DNA from: the human T2T-CHM13v2.0 reference genome, Homo sapiens
Assembly: GCF_009914755.1 (NCBI RefSeq)
Contig: NC_060937.1
Length of the DNA stretch: 64,000 nt
Direction: 5' to 3' (one strand)
Positions within the stretch are counted from its first letter, which is position 1, and the number at the start of each line of letters is the position of its first letter. The notes beneath the pieces were generated by a model, which worked only from the letters and a program-made list of their open reading frames with translations, searched no databases and was not told the DNA's origin. Shown here piece by piece: positions 28,291 through 44,571 of this stretch. A program made the position numbers and the translations under genes.

Positions 28291-30498
28291 TTTGCCTCCC
28301 ATTCTGTGTGTGGAAGCCCTTTGTAAATGCTGGTGCATAAATGTCAGTTGTTGTTCCAAGGGGCCAGGGAGGAAGCAGCCAGGAAAAGAGCCAGGTTTGG
28401 AAAGTCTGGAGATGAAACTACACAAGGGAAGAAGTTGGGTTAGGCCCAGGGCTGCAGAAGGTTGATTTTTCCTTTAATTGAGGGGCTGCACTCAGAATCG
28501 AGACACTGATAGAAGATGGGCATGATCAGGTTCATCAGAAGAAGCAAATGCTTCAGTCCCTGCTGGGTAAGGTTCTCAGCAAAGGCTGCAGCCACAACGG
28601 TTTTTATTTGGAGGGTAAAGTACAACACACAGCCCTTGATTAAAAATCAAAAAACAAAAAACAGGGGAAAAAGCTAGTGATGCATCAAATGAAACAACTC
28701 TCTACAACAACAAGGAAAAAACTTTTTTAACAATGAAGAGTTTGAAAGTAAACTTAACAAATTCCTATGGGTCAAAGGCTCGTTCCCAATCACAGATCGC
28801 TGACTGAGAGGTTTCACTTTTTGCAAACTACTTATTATTTCCGGAGTCTCAATGGGGAACAAATCCTATCCTCTCTTCCTGCTAAGAGCATTTAAGCACT
28901 CAGTGAAAGCAGAACATTCTGGCATGAACTTCACAAAGTGTAACCTCTGGAGTATGGCAAGCAGGCTGCATTGGGGACTGAGCATTTTTTGCATAGTGCC
29001 TATTATGCAACATCAACCATTTAAAAAACTGCCAACAGTGTTGTCTCTGCGGAGAGTATGGATTGTGGGCAGAACAGTGACAATTCAATGGTCATGCCTG
29101 GCTTGTTGGTGCAGTGAAGAGGTTAAACCCTGCAAATACCCAAATATGAACAAGTCAGCTGACTCCAGCTGTCTGCTCCATGGGGTGGGAGGAGTAAGAT
29201 AGGGGAGATGTATTAGGCAGATTTTGTTGAAAAGTTCCTTTTGTGTCTGTTGTCTTAGAAATTTCTTGAGTACTTTCTTAATGAAATCAGACTTATAGTG
29301 GAAAGCAATGAGAAAAACTGGATGAATGATTTGAAAAAAACACACCCAACTGAATTCTTCTTCTTTACCAACTTTTACATTTTCCTCTCTCTTTCATTTG
29401 ATAATTTTTGCCTCAGCAGTGAATTCCTCTGCTACCCCGTCAGGGCTTTCTGAAGGCAGGAGCTTGTTTTACTTACCCAGGTATAGCCCTCATCCACTGA
29501 GGTACCCAGCACACATTAGGTTTTCAAAGAAAAAAAGAAAAGTGAATGGGGAAAAATATCAAAGTAATTCTAAAGAGGAAAAACTTGACCCACACAGGAG
29601 TTTTGTGCAAAATCTATGTGTGTAAATTAGTTGTTTAGAATACATACCACTCTGGACATTGATCTTTTGTCAAATATAGGCTTTGAGAATATCTGCTTCA
29701 TGTCTGTGGCTTCTCTTGGAACACAATAGCTTGTAGAAATATTGGTATAGGTTAATTTAGTTCTATGTTTGGCAGCAAAAGCATCTCTAATCCTGGCATA
29801 ACAGAAGGACTGATAGCAGAGCCATAAATTCCGTCACCTGCTATCAAGAGCCACGCAGTTCAGGAGGAGTCAGGAGAAGAGAGAATGAGATAATTTTATT
29901 TTTCCTGCATCTTTTAAACATGTGAGCTGAGCTTAAAGCAAGATTTTAAGTAGATGAAGTATCTTTGGCACCTTCTCCTTTCCTTTTGTTTTTGCATCTA
30001 GTTGCCTAATTTCCCATTGCTTTCGTTTATCTGTGCATTCACTCCTTTCTTTTCACATTCCAAAATTATTACTCCCCTCACCATTTCCCCTCCGAGCCCT
30101 CCACGTATAGCAGAGAACTTCCATCAACCCTGATGTGTTTGTACATTCAGATGCTTAACCCATATGCATCTCTGACTGGTGGAATTTCAAACCATGGGAT
30201 CACATGAAAATAGCGTTTGTGTGTTTGTGTCTGTATTATTCTGGGCAGAAGGATTCAGGATATTGTCAAGTCAGCCCTGCCTAGAATGTTGTCCCCAAAT
30301 TCATTTTCTTAAGGTGCGTCTAGTTTTTTAATATTTCATTTTTCATTGGTAAATTAATTTAAACAAACATTTACTTGCTTCAATAATATTTGTTCAAAAT
30401 ATTTACTTTATTTCTTCAAATTCTGAAATTATAGATTCTCCAAATTCTCCAAGGCTTTTTTCACGAGGTTCCGAAAAGTGAGAGAATTGACTGTCTGA

Positions 30499-30873
<375 letters not shown>

Positions 30874-30899
30874 ATGTGTGAATATTTCTATGCCCAATG

Positions 30900-32930
<2,031 letters not shown>

Positions 32931-33059
32931 TCTGAAAGTTCAGAGAAGTGTCACTTAAGTCCTGTGGGTTTTCAGTACCAAACCATGTCTTATGTTGCAA
33001 ATTGGGGCTTTATTATGAGAGGATATTCTGGAACCCATCTTTGAGCCAACATGCAGCAA

Positions 33060-33285
33060 ATTACTCAACATAAGAGTCCCTTTTGTATCTCTAGAGTGTA
33101 TTAATAACATATACCTCATAGGATTGTTGTGAATATACCTCATACCTGAGGTATTGTGAATATACCTCATACCTCATATATGAATATACATGTACCTCAT
33201 AGGATTGTTACTATATATAAAGAACTTAGAACAATGCCTGCACATAAGAATCACTATATAAGCATTTTGTATTGTTATCATCATC
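33060..33285 (+). mobile_element. MIR with internal degenerate tandem expansion
   Basis: tacctcataggattgttgtga core. tgaatatacctcata repeated. Ends cttagaacaatgcctgcacataag. Confidence 0.75.
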
Positions 33286-33869
33286 ATCATCGTCACAATC
33301 ACTGGTATATTGCTGGCATATATCAGATGCTTCACAAATAGGTTCTGTGGTTATTGTTACAATTTTTTGTACTTCTGGTGTCTTTCTAACTTTCAGGCCA
33401 CATCACAGTGCCTTTATAATTCCTATTACAATATACTCTCTTTTTACCTTTGTGAATCTTTCCCAGTGAGGCAGATTAGGTATTTTTAGAGGGCTCATCT
33501 CAGAACACTATTCCCTTCCCTTCCATAAGAGAACCCCTGGCTCCAGGAATGGGACAATATTCTTGATTCTACTGAGTCAAAACTTCCTTACCTTCTGAGC
33601 CAGCATAAGTCAGGATCTATGGATCAGTTGGTGGAAGAAGCCAATGATGTTAGTTAGAGATGGGTTTTTGGTTGGCTTCATATACCTTAAAGTAATGACT
33701 TAGTGTCTATTATATAATTAGAACTCAAAATAAGTTTTCATCAAGGCAATTAGGAATCAGAAGCTCAAAAATTAAGAGTCAAAGATGTGGCCTTACTAAT
33801 AATGCTAGGCTGAGGAAACAAGGTACTGTTTCTGGAGAACAGTAAGGGTAAGAAGACGCTAAGCCTAAC

Positions 33870-34050
33870 TTCATGGGACTCAGTCTTCTGGAGTTCACAT
33901 TAAACGCTTCCACCTTTCTATGCCTTCATTTCCTCATGATTAAAATGGAAATGGTAATAATATCATTATTTTATGTTAAAACATATAAAGAATTTGGTAA
34001 ATTGGCCAATATAAGGTAAATGCTCAATAGATATTGACTATTATATTAAC
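33870..34050 (+). mobile_element. MIR
   Basis: tgccttcatttcctcatgattaaaatggaaatggtaata...tgctcaatagatattgactatta. Confidence 0.65.
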
Positions 34051-36137
34051 ATGGATCTTGGACCAAAGAAGGGCCTTGAGAAAAATATATGATTGGAAGA
34101 GGAATTCCAAGGATAATGATTTCATTGACAAGAAAGATAACCTGTCATATTAATTTATTGTGAATAAGACTGTGAAGTCTTAGAATGAGTGCATAAGATG
34201 AGAAGCTGGCTGAGCACAGTACTGCTTTCTGATGATAGTTTATGATACAGATCTATCCCAGTCACAGAGAAGTTAGGGGGAACATTAACAGGTGCTGCTC
34301 ACATCTGGTCAGTCTCTGGAATTTTTGTCTTCATCCCCACTTTCTTTTCCTGGCATTGGCTCTCAAAGACTAAAGTTGGAAACCTCTTGTGTGTTGAGGC
34401 AGTGTTTCTTCTTCTTAAGTCATAAAAATAATCGTGGCCAGATTATACCAGATGGTGTGAGAAAAAGAGGAACCATTGAAATCAGTGGCAAATGGGGAGA
34501 CTGAAGAAGATACATCCAGGGGAGTCCTAGCACAGCTCTTTGGAGGCTGAGTCACACAGCTTTTCCCTTGGTTACAATGTCATTGGGGGCAAACAGCGTT
34601 TTGCCTATTCTTTAAATTTATGGCATAGGGTTATTTTTCAAATATTTATAAATACCAATTTTCTATGCAGCTGAAATGCTTTTATAGAAAATATCTGATA
34701 GGCTGTAAATTTTAATATATAATTTACATATCTCCAATGGCAAGTTGAATTATCTTTGGGTTTTATATTTTTGGCACTTATAAAGTTTTCAATATCAGAA
34801 TTTAATTTGGCTTGTTCAACAGTTTGCTTTCCAGTTGGAAGGCATTAAGGGAGGAGATTATGTATAAATCAGTATGACAACATTATATGTGAAGAAGTAT
34901 CATGAAGAATGCTTGCAAAAGTTAGGTTTAAATAATTCCCTAATTTGTAGCTAATTTTAAGGTTTCCAAGACCAAGGTGCTAAAAATATCAAGTACTTTA
35001 TATGATACAAGTCCAACATCCATATTTAAATGTGAGTACGCTTGTAGCTTAGGACCAAATGTAAATACTTTTGGATTGATCACTCAAACAGAATTGACCA
35101 ACTTTTGCAAACTTTCATGCAGTTGATAATCTATTGAAATTAAGTAACCCTCCTCTAAATACTCGGAATCTGAGATTGTGTTTTTGAAATTCATTAAAGA
35201 TAATGACAGCCAAATGGATTTGAAAATAGCAATAATAGACACCAAAGTTTAATACTGGAAAATTGGAGTTAATATTCTCATTCAAGAGAGAGAACCAAAA
35301 CAATTTCCTCTGGCAGATTTTGCTTTAGCTTGTCAACTGGAGAACCTGATGTCTTTGCCAAATAAATATGCAAATATGTGTTTGATTAAATAAGATGAAA
35401 ACTTTATTGCTGAGATATGGCTTTTCTTTCCATTTCTAACTTCATTCATTTCATGCTCACTGAACCAAGCCTAACTAAGACTCCATGACTTTCAATAGGA
35501 CAGTAATCCTCTGCTTCTAAAAGAAACTTCTAGCGCTGTGAGCTCCCTATAAGTTCAAGGTAGTGTGGATGAGTGAACCTTCTATCATTCCCTGATACAT
35601 GTGTGGGGGTTTTGGAGGTGGGGTTTGGGCATGGGTATATGCAGAAGGAGATTCTTCGTGACAAACAACAACAAAAAAACTCATCCTGTCAAAAGTGCAT
35701 GTGCCTCTGCTTTATCACCAGGATTACACTGAGGTTTTATTTTAGAGTATCCTGGATTTTAAATTGAAAGTCAAATATAATTTGCCACAAGAAGCATGAA
35801 GTGAGTGACTAGAAAGCTGCTAGCAAGGCCCAGCATGACAAATCAGTGTCTCTATGATAATGAGCCTCTGCAGGAGGTGGGTCACTGTGCTGCAGTTGAG
35901 TGGTAGAAGTAGGCTGGATGGCTCTGGGTTAATGCAAAGGCCACATATTCTAGATTGGTTCAACTGGTGTGATGGCCAAAACCAGGCAGACACCATTCAC
36001 TTCTTTCATTGCTCAGGAATAGCAGCACTATTTTAACTCCTATGATTCTGTGCAAACTTTGGGCAAATATAATGCAGTATCTACTAGTGCAGCTAAAGAG
36101 AAAGTCTGCCTGGAGAAACAGCACTGGAGGGATATGA

Positions 36138-36555
36138 AGTAATATTTACTGAGTGGCTAGACTTGTGCCTTGAACTGTGATTCATACTTTACATGCATTT
36201 TCTTATTTAATGCTCACAAATTTTATTATTCACATTTTGCAAATGAAGAAACAAACTTTGAGGAACTGAGTGTCTCACAGAAGATCAAACATTTAGAGCA
36301 ATGTAAGGAAAATTAACCTTCACTAAGCCTCTACTACGTGACTCCATGTTGTCTTCTGTGCCTGGTGTACACATACATGATTTCTCGGGTTAGTTTTTAC
36401 TACAACCCTTGGAAGTTGGTATTAGGATCATGTTTTATAGAGGAAGCAACTGAGTCTCACAGATGATAAACTAACCCAAGCTGAAAGAAGCCAGTCAGTG
36501 CGAGAATTAACTTTTTAATCCAACTCTGCCTGAAAGCAAAGCCCATGGTCCTAAT
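36138..36555 (-). mobile_element. Two tandem MIR fragments
   Basis: cattttgcaaatgaagaaacaa and tgttttatagaggaagcaactgagtctcacag cores. Confidence 0.7.
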
Positions 36556-37399
36556 CTCATCTCATGTTCAGGAAGGTGACTTCATAAGCTGAAGGATGAA
36601 CTGATTTTCAGAGAGAGACCTCTGCCTTCGAGGGTGTCCTGGGAATATCTGTTTTCCCTTAGAAAATAACTCACTGTTAGACTTTTTCTAGTCTTTTCTT
36701 TAGGACTGCCTCACTTGTATCAGGCTTTGATAGTATGCTTAACATGACCCAAATACAGTAATAAGGCATGTTACAAAAACCAACTCTGTTAAATTTCCCT
36801 TCAGGTCACCAGGGAAGGCAGGCTGAGGCACTGTTTTGCTAATTTTTGCACACTCCCTGACCACCTTCAATTCTTTCTGGCTACTCACAAATTTAGATAG
36901 CTTATATGCACACCGTTCATCTACTCGAGGGTCGAAAAGGATTTGCAGCTACATGACCCAAAGCTGAAGAGATGGAGTGTGTAGTTACCCTGGTTCCGTG
37001 TAAGTCATTTGAAAGGCCTGGATATGATTCAGTAAGGATGAGTGCATTCTGTTAGCTGTGTGCCTTGCAGAAGGCTATCTGGGAACATTGCACATAAACA
37101 CAATTCTCTCTAATTTTGGTAGCATCTTAGTGAGATTTGTTCTGGTATGGAGAGCTACAGGTTTATGCCTCATTTGTTGTGCTGCTAATTTAGCATGGCT
37201 TTTTTCCCCCTAGGCATCTTAAACAAATGTATCTATGACAGGTACAAAGCTCCAATGATAAAAGTAATGGAAAACCTGAACTTCATCATCAGCTGTCCCT
37301 TCACTCTGTTTTTACCAAGCTGGGCTTCAGCATTTAAAGACTAAGAACATCCCCTTTCAGCCCCTTGAAGGGTAGCATGGGAAGCTGAGAACCCTATAC

Positions 37400-37795
37400 A
37401 TCAGGTTCAGAGAGCCCTGGGTTCAACTTGGACTTCTGAACTTCCTGGATTGGTTGAATTTGAATAACATAATAACTCCTCTGAAATGTTATTTCCTCAT
37501 CTGTAAAGAGATATCCTTACCCCCTTCTCAAAGGTTAAGTATTAACATGGCATACCAAATGTGGAAACAGCTAGCAAAAGACTTAACATATATTACAGGC
37601 TTGATAAAACCTTCTCTTGTTGGATGAAAGCTGTGTGACCTTAGGCAAGTTACTTAACCTTTCTGAGTTTCAGATTCCTCTTCTATAAAATTGTGAAAAT
37701 AACACCTACTTGATAGGGTAGCTTTGAGGATTAAATGGCACAACATAGGTAAAGCACCTGACATTGTAGGCACTTCCTTGTGACAGCTTTTATTG
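37400..37795 (+). mobile_element. Two tandem MIRs
   Basis: tttcctcatctgtaaa, and agctgtgtgaccttaggcaagttacttaacctttctgagtttcag. Confidence 0.8.
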
Positions 37796-38955
37796 TTACA
37801 AAGCCTGTGGTTGTGAAAGTGAAAGGGCACAGGTATTGCTAGGGTAACCATGCATTCTTGGTTGCTCTGGGCAGAATCTGTTTATTCCTGATTCTGGCAA
37901 AATCATTAGTAATATACTCTTTACTCTCAAAAGATTCCAAATAAATTCTGTGGTCACTCTAAATATAACTAATATGTAGGGAGGAGGCTGACCTGTTGAG
38001 AAGGAGACAGAGAGACCATAATAACGATTCCTTTCCCAGAAGTAATGTTTATCTAGTTCTTCCAACAGCGTAGTTTAGTTCTTACTAGTTAGCTATTATT
38101 AAGTTTTTGCTTATTATTGTTAAGCGGATAAGCTTTGGCAATTCAGAAACATCTAAATACACAGAAAATACATGGGCAGAGGTTTTGATGAAGTGGTTTG
38201 TTCCCTTTTTCTGGTCATTTTCCACTTACTAGTGTCCAGTTTTCAAGAGGACGCAGCTTTCATGCTACCCTCTGGCTGCCCCCAATCACTTTTCACTGTT
38301 AACTCTAAGGGGTGGCCCATTAAGTGTCCTGGCTGCCTGGACACCCTCTTGCACATACTGGTAATTTTAAAAAGGCTCAGTTTCTCTTCACTCAGTCCTT
38401 TGGCCCACAAGCATACCTCCTCTTGTTTTTGCTGTAGGAGACTTCCTGATATGCCAGACAACCTTTGGATAGGGATAGCAATGGAGGCTAACTTATTCCT
38501 CATGATCTCATTGAACTCTGCTGGCTCGCTCTGGGCCCACACCATAGGTACAGAAATGCATGGATCTGTGCCTTGAACTGGGAGTAAGGGCAGGGAGGAA
38601 TATATTCCTGAGTCCTGCGTCTTCCTTTGGCACTGTCTGCAGTCTCCTCTTCCTACTGCTCTTTTTCCTCCCACTACACCCCATCCAGTGCCTTTCTCGT
38701 CTATGGAGGAGTAAATGAGAAACAAAATGGTGGTCTTTTTTGCCCGAGGGAACCACCAAACTTTGAGAAGGACCTGAAAGACACATCCTAGGAGAGCTGG
38801 AATCATCAAGAGAAGCAAATATTTTGTTTTTTTCTCTACAAATCCTGACCCTCTCCCTTTCCTTTTTAGTTCACTTCAACTTCCTCTTCAGGAGAGAGGA
38901 GAGAAATCAGCTGTCTTGGGGCCAGCTTTTATTTCTGATGATTATTGTCTCTTAC

Positions 38956-39011
38956 CTGGTATCCAGTCCTTTGGAATGTAGATCATCTTTCTTAGCAGTC
39001 ACTATGTGGAG
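38956..39011 (-). other. Candidate internal exon, 56 nt, probably non-coding
   Basis: Minus-strand acceptor cctttttcttctttaccAG and donor CAG|GTAAGA. Supported by splice motifs only. Confidence 0.35.
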
Positions 39012-39205
39012 CTGGTAAAGAAGAAAAAGGTACCCTGTTATTTCAGTGTTTGCCCCAAGTAAAGATTCTCAGATCACTGTTACATGGGTAACTGACTTTT
39101 CCTTTCATTTCCTCCAGCAGAGTAGAGACTAGGCAGTCATTTTTAAAAAGTATTATGAAACATATTTTAAAAATGTAAAATAATGTATATGTACATTATA
39201 AATTG

Positions 39206-39395
39206 AAGGTTATCAAATGTTTTTCAGAAAAGGTCCAGACAATGAATATTTCAGACTTTGGAGGCCATATACACCTCTGTTGCATAGATTCTTCCTCCAT
39301 TCCCTCCCTCACCTCTTAACAAAGCTTTAAAAATGTAAAACAAACAGACAAACGAACAAAACAACAAAAAACATTCTTAGCTCACGTGCCAAACA
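39206..39395. mobile_element. MER58-like (hAT-Charlie) fragment
   Basis: aaggtccagacaatgaatatttcagactttggaggccata...ctttaaaaatgtaaaa...cattcttagctcac. Confidence 0.65.
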
Positions 39396-42300
39396 TAAGC
39401 ATTCTACTGTCACAGCTATATTTGTTTTATTATTAGGCAGGACATATGCCTTCTCATTACCCTTCTTTTTCAAGGTTTATTTTAAGCTTGGTATCATACA
39501 TGTTTTTAAGATAAACTTTTATCTGCTATTTTATTTCCAAAACCCGTCATCATTTGTATTTCATGGAATCTATACATTTATTATAATCCTGTAATTTATA
39601 CTTTCTCTCCTCCTTTTTCCCACATGACGGATCTGCCTTCTCTCTCTTGACAATTAAGTTTCTGTATCAGGAGTTGTTTCATATACCTAAAATTACAGGT
39701 CTCTTAGCCTGAGAGTTAAGATCACTCTGTTCAGAAGGTCTTATGGGAAATGATCAATGCTGTTGTTCAACATCAATAAACTCTGATTCCTCTGTTTTAC
39801 TGGACTCAGGGTTTGGATTAATGCAATCAGTTTCTATCCAATGGCTATTTTTTTTTTCTAGATGACTGGGTAGGGACCATTTCTGGCCTGGGTGACTTTG
39901 GCATCTAGATACTTGCATACATCTGGTAAGAGCATATTGAGTCATTTTTTTGTTGTTATAATTCCAGTATTAAACTCTGCTTAAGATAGGTTTGACTTTT
40001 TTTTTTTTGGAAGCCAAGACAATTATATTTAATTTTTATTAGATCCAAATTATTATCATTCCACCTCCTCTCACATCACTTCGTTTCTTTGACATTTGCT
40101 GCCTAAGAAGTCAGGGAAGAATGTGAAGATTTGAGATCCAAACCCTGCAATATAATGACTACATACTCAGGAAAACACTTTTCTCTAAGCACTGGAAAGT
40201 AGAGATCCTACTCACCTCAGCCCATGCTTATGCTTGCCTTTCATGCATTTTCTATTACTAAGATAATGTCATGATGGACTGAAATTAATTCTATATCAAA
40301 ATAATACAATTAAGAAACGGATGTGAAGGAAGAAAATACCTATAGTTTATATTTACTTTTCAAATGTAAGATTTTTTTTGTATTAACATTTAAACATCTC
40401 TTTTGAATTCCTTCTCACCTAATATTGGCAATAATTCAAACACCCAAGCTACTGCAGCCACCACAGAATAGGCCAGTGCCTGATATTATAGCAACTACAT
40501 ATGAAATCCTTTCCAGTGTAAAAGCTTATTAACATTTAAAAAGAACTAGATCCATTCATACTTTGACTATAGAGTCAACGCCTGCTGAGCAGAACTCACT
40601 GTCTGTCATTCCCAACCTTTTCCCCTCTTTTGCATTTACAGAAGTCCTTAAATATCAGCAGCACACTAAAAGTTCTCACATAAATACACCAAATGAAATC
40701 CCATCTTTAACTCTAGCCCTCTCAACCCATTTCCTCTGTGTTCAAATAACGTTGAGGGACAAATTTTCAGTGAATTGTCGAAAGGAAAGGTGACGTCCAT
40801 TTAGCAGTCAGCTAGTTGCTAATCAGTACCCAACTAAAATGCATCAAAATTTGAGTACTCCCAATTGAACACTTTGAAAGATAAGCATTCTACTAATTTA
40901 ACTCTGCTGTAGGTTGAGCCCTGATTGAGTGTTTTCACAGCAAGATGAGCCATGTTCCAGCACTTTCCAGTATTGATTTTTAGCCCAGAGCTAAAAATGC
41001 TCATCTAAACATGTCATTTTAAAATCTTTGATTGCCTGCTCTATGGGGTACAGCTTATGAGACTCTATGTAGTGGGTCATCACACTCTGACAGAGGAATT
41101 AAAAAGAACTTCCTCATATCTTTTTTGAGACTCCCCAGATTTAAAACAGAAATGCTGGGGAGGTAGAAGAAAAATAAACAGGGAAAAGACATAGTTGTTT
41201 TAAGAAGCAGATTGTCAAAGTGGAGATTTGCCATCAAGAGAAGCTGAATTTAGTTTGGTCTTCCCGGAGATAGTTATGGTCCTTTTCATACATTGGTGCA
41301 TTCAGGCTGGGGACTGTAGCTGCCATTGGAACTAGACACAACACTGTTTCTGCAGAATCATACAGAGCCTGACAAGACCTTGCAGTCTTTTTATTCTGAG
41401 GAGTTAAATTGGCACTTTTTTCAGAACTCAATTTAAGCCAAAATAAAGAAAGAAAAAGAAAAAACAGAAAGGGGTAACATTTTTAAGCACTTAACTATTA
41501 AACAATTTTTCAAATGGATTATACATAATAAACAACCTTGGGACAGAGGAGATGGTTTGTCTGGAAGCCTGGATATAAATCATGTATTCTGTCCCCAAAT
41601 TCCCATGCTCTTTCTACCATTGAACAGAATATTGAACTCTCCAAATTTTAGTGAGAAGAAACCCAAGAGTACTAATGATGTCTTGGAAGAAAATAGCATT
41701 GTCCTATTTTTTTCTTAAAGAAAAGTAGGTCAAAATGAAGCTTCTATGATCACTGAATTGTGACTGTTCAAAACTTTTTGAGAAATGTATGGAAAGATAC
41801 AAATTGAACTAGGTTTAATGAGGCTAAAGTGACCATGTAAATCTCATTTGCCAGAAATATTGTACCTGATCTGGGAAAGGTGCATTACTCTCTCGTAGCT
41901 GTCGTTCTTTCATGCCACAGCTGCTGTGGCAACATGGTGGGTGAGGCTGAGAAGGCAAGGCTTTTTAGAGTATTAACAAAATCAATCGATGTTATAGAAT
42001 AGTTGGATTGAGTTTCTTAAGCACCTCAGGGTTGCTAGAATAAGTACCTGGGGAAGGAAGATGTAGACCACGTCAGAGGCAAAGTCTTTGGAGACTGAGA
42101 GAAGAAACAAACTTTGCACCTTGGTCAGTTGTATACTTCTTATTTTAGCCTTTAAAAGGGAGAAGAAAGGGAAAATAGAATCTCAGGAGCAGTGAATTTA
42201 ATTAATATGAGCACACAACTTTCCTTTCCTTGACCCCACTCTTCCTTCTCAGAAAAGATTTCTCTAGATCTGAGAACCAAGAGACCTGCATCCTATAGCT

Positions 42301-42734
42301 CTCTATAGACATTGAGTAAATTCCTTTACTTCTCTGTGGCTCTGAATTTCATTATTTAATAAATGGCCTCAACTATATTATCTCTTTTCAGTTATACACT
42401 ACTGCAATTCTGTGATTCTTATTTTCTATTAGAAAGTTCTACTCTACAGAGAACAATGCAGGCTCCTAGCACAGTATGTAGTACATAGCTAGTATTCAAT
42501 GAAAAAAGTCAAATAAATGAATGAATGACTTTTTATTGGTTCTGATTTAGTCACCATTTGTGAGTTTCCCACTTGCAGGTCTACTATAGAACATTGCATT
42601 AGATTCAAGATAATTATTGATTGGATGATTCCTGATTTCAAAGTACTTGTGTAAGTTTCCATAAATGTCTATAGGTGTGAATTACATAATGGACTTACCT
42701 GTCTGCACTAACTTGACTGTATAGGCCCTTAGTC

Positions 42735-43280
42735 TATCATGACCCTCAATTCTACCACTAGGTATGTATCTAACAATGCATGCCCATCTGCCTCAAAAGA
42801 CAGGTATAAGAATGTTCATAGCAGATTATTTATAGTAGTTCTATCCCAAAGCCCATCAACAGTTGAATAAACAAATTGTGATATAGTCATGTAATATAAT
42901 ATGACAGCAATGAAATGAACAAATTGCATTTATAAACAAAAACATGAACATCATAAACATAACTTTGTTCTGAATGAAAGAAGCCAGGTACAAAGGAGTT
43001 CATGCTGCATAATTCTATTTATATATAATTCAGAAACAAACACAACTAAACCAAGCCTTTATAAATGCATGTTTACAAGGAATATATATGGCAAAGAGAT
43101 TGACATAAATGAGGCTAACCTTTATGGGAGGGGTAGGTGGTTCTAAAGCATGAATCTGCAGAGGCCCTCTGAGCGCCTAGCAACACTCTATTTGATGATT
43201 TGTGCAGAGTGACAGAGGAGCTTGCTGTTTCTATATCTTTCTGTAACGTATGTGAGATTTCACAATAATTTTTTTTCTTT
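42735..43280 (+). mobile_element. Old L1M (L1ME/MC-like) 3' fragment
   Basis: atgaccctcaattc...aagaatgttcatagcag...gaatgaaagaagccag. Confidence 0.7.
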
Positions 43281-44128
43281 TTGTTTTTAAGGAGTATATG
43301 TAAAATTCCAGGTTCCTAGTAGGCGCTGAATACATGGTGGTTACCTAATAAGCATTCCACCTTTCTTCTTCCCCTGATTCACTCTGCACAGCTAACCTTA
43401 AATAGTAATGAATAATCTTGGTGTGAGTGCACAACCCAGACATCCATTCCCAGAAGAAAAGTTGCCCAGAGCATGAGCAGACTGCAAAGGCAAAAGGTGT
43501 TCATTCCTGCCTCATCCGATTGCCTCTTACACCAGCACCCGAGTTGTCATACTGGTGACTGTGTTTCAGAGCCAGTGAGCACTCCGACGCTTCATAATTA
43601 CTGAAACACATGTGCTAAGTCACTTTTTGCTAAGCCACAGTGAGAATTCTCAGTGTTCAATTGCCCTCAAAATTTCTCATCTCTTCCCTGGGGTGAGGTG
43701 CTTTAGTTTAGCAGCTGCACATGGGGATTGCATTTAAATCATTTAAAGTTTGGAGTTCAATATGTCCTAAAAGCAGCCTCTCTTCTTTTAGCATTCCTCT
43801 TCAGGTACACCTAGATTTTTTCTACTTCAAAGTGAGGAATATCTTTCTAAGGAGGAGGAAACCTTCAAAAATACATTAACTCTTTGAATGCACAGGTGTA
43901 TTTCATGATGCTGTCTGCTTGTGTCTTTCCAGACTGTTAGTCACTCCTTGGTAGTAGCTTTTTAAAGTCATTAGCCATCCATTTCGCCTTTTAGCATCAA
44001 AAGCATTAACACAGTGAATCAGGTGTATGGCTAGCTAAAGGTCAAAAGAAATAGTGGAAGAGAGTACACAAAAAAAGTTAAGGCCTATTTTACTTTTAGG
44101 TAACATAGTCTCTATGATATAACAAACA

Positions 44129-44571
<443 letters not shown>

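Noticed and set aside
38243-38818. 191-aa ORF as a protein-coding gene
   Set aside because: TTG start and no recognised homology. Kept only as a candidate non-coding exon region.
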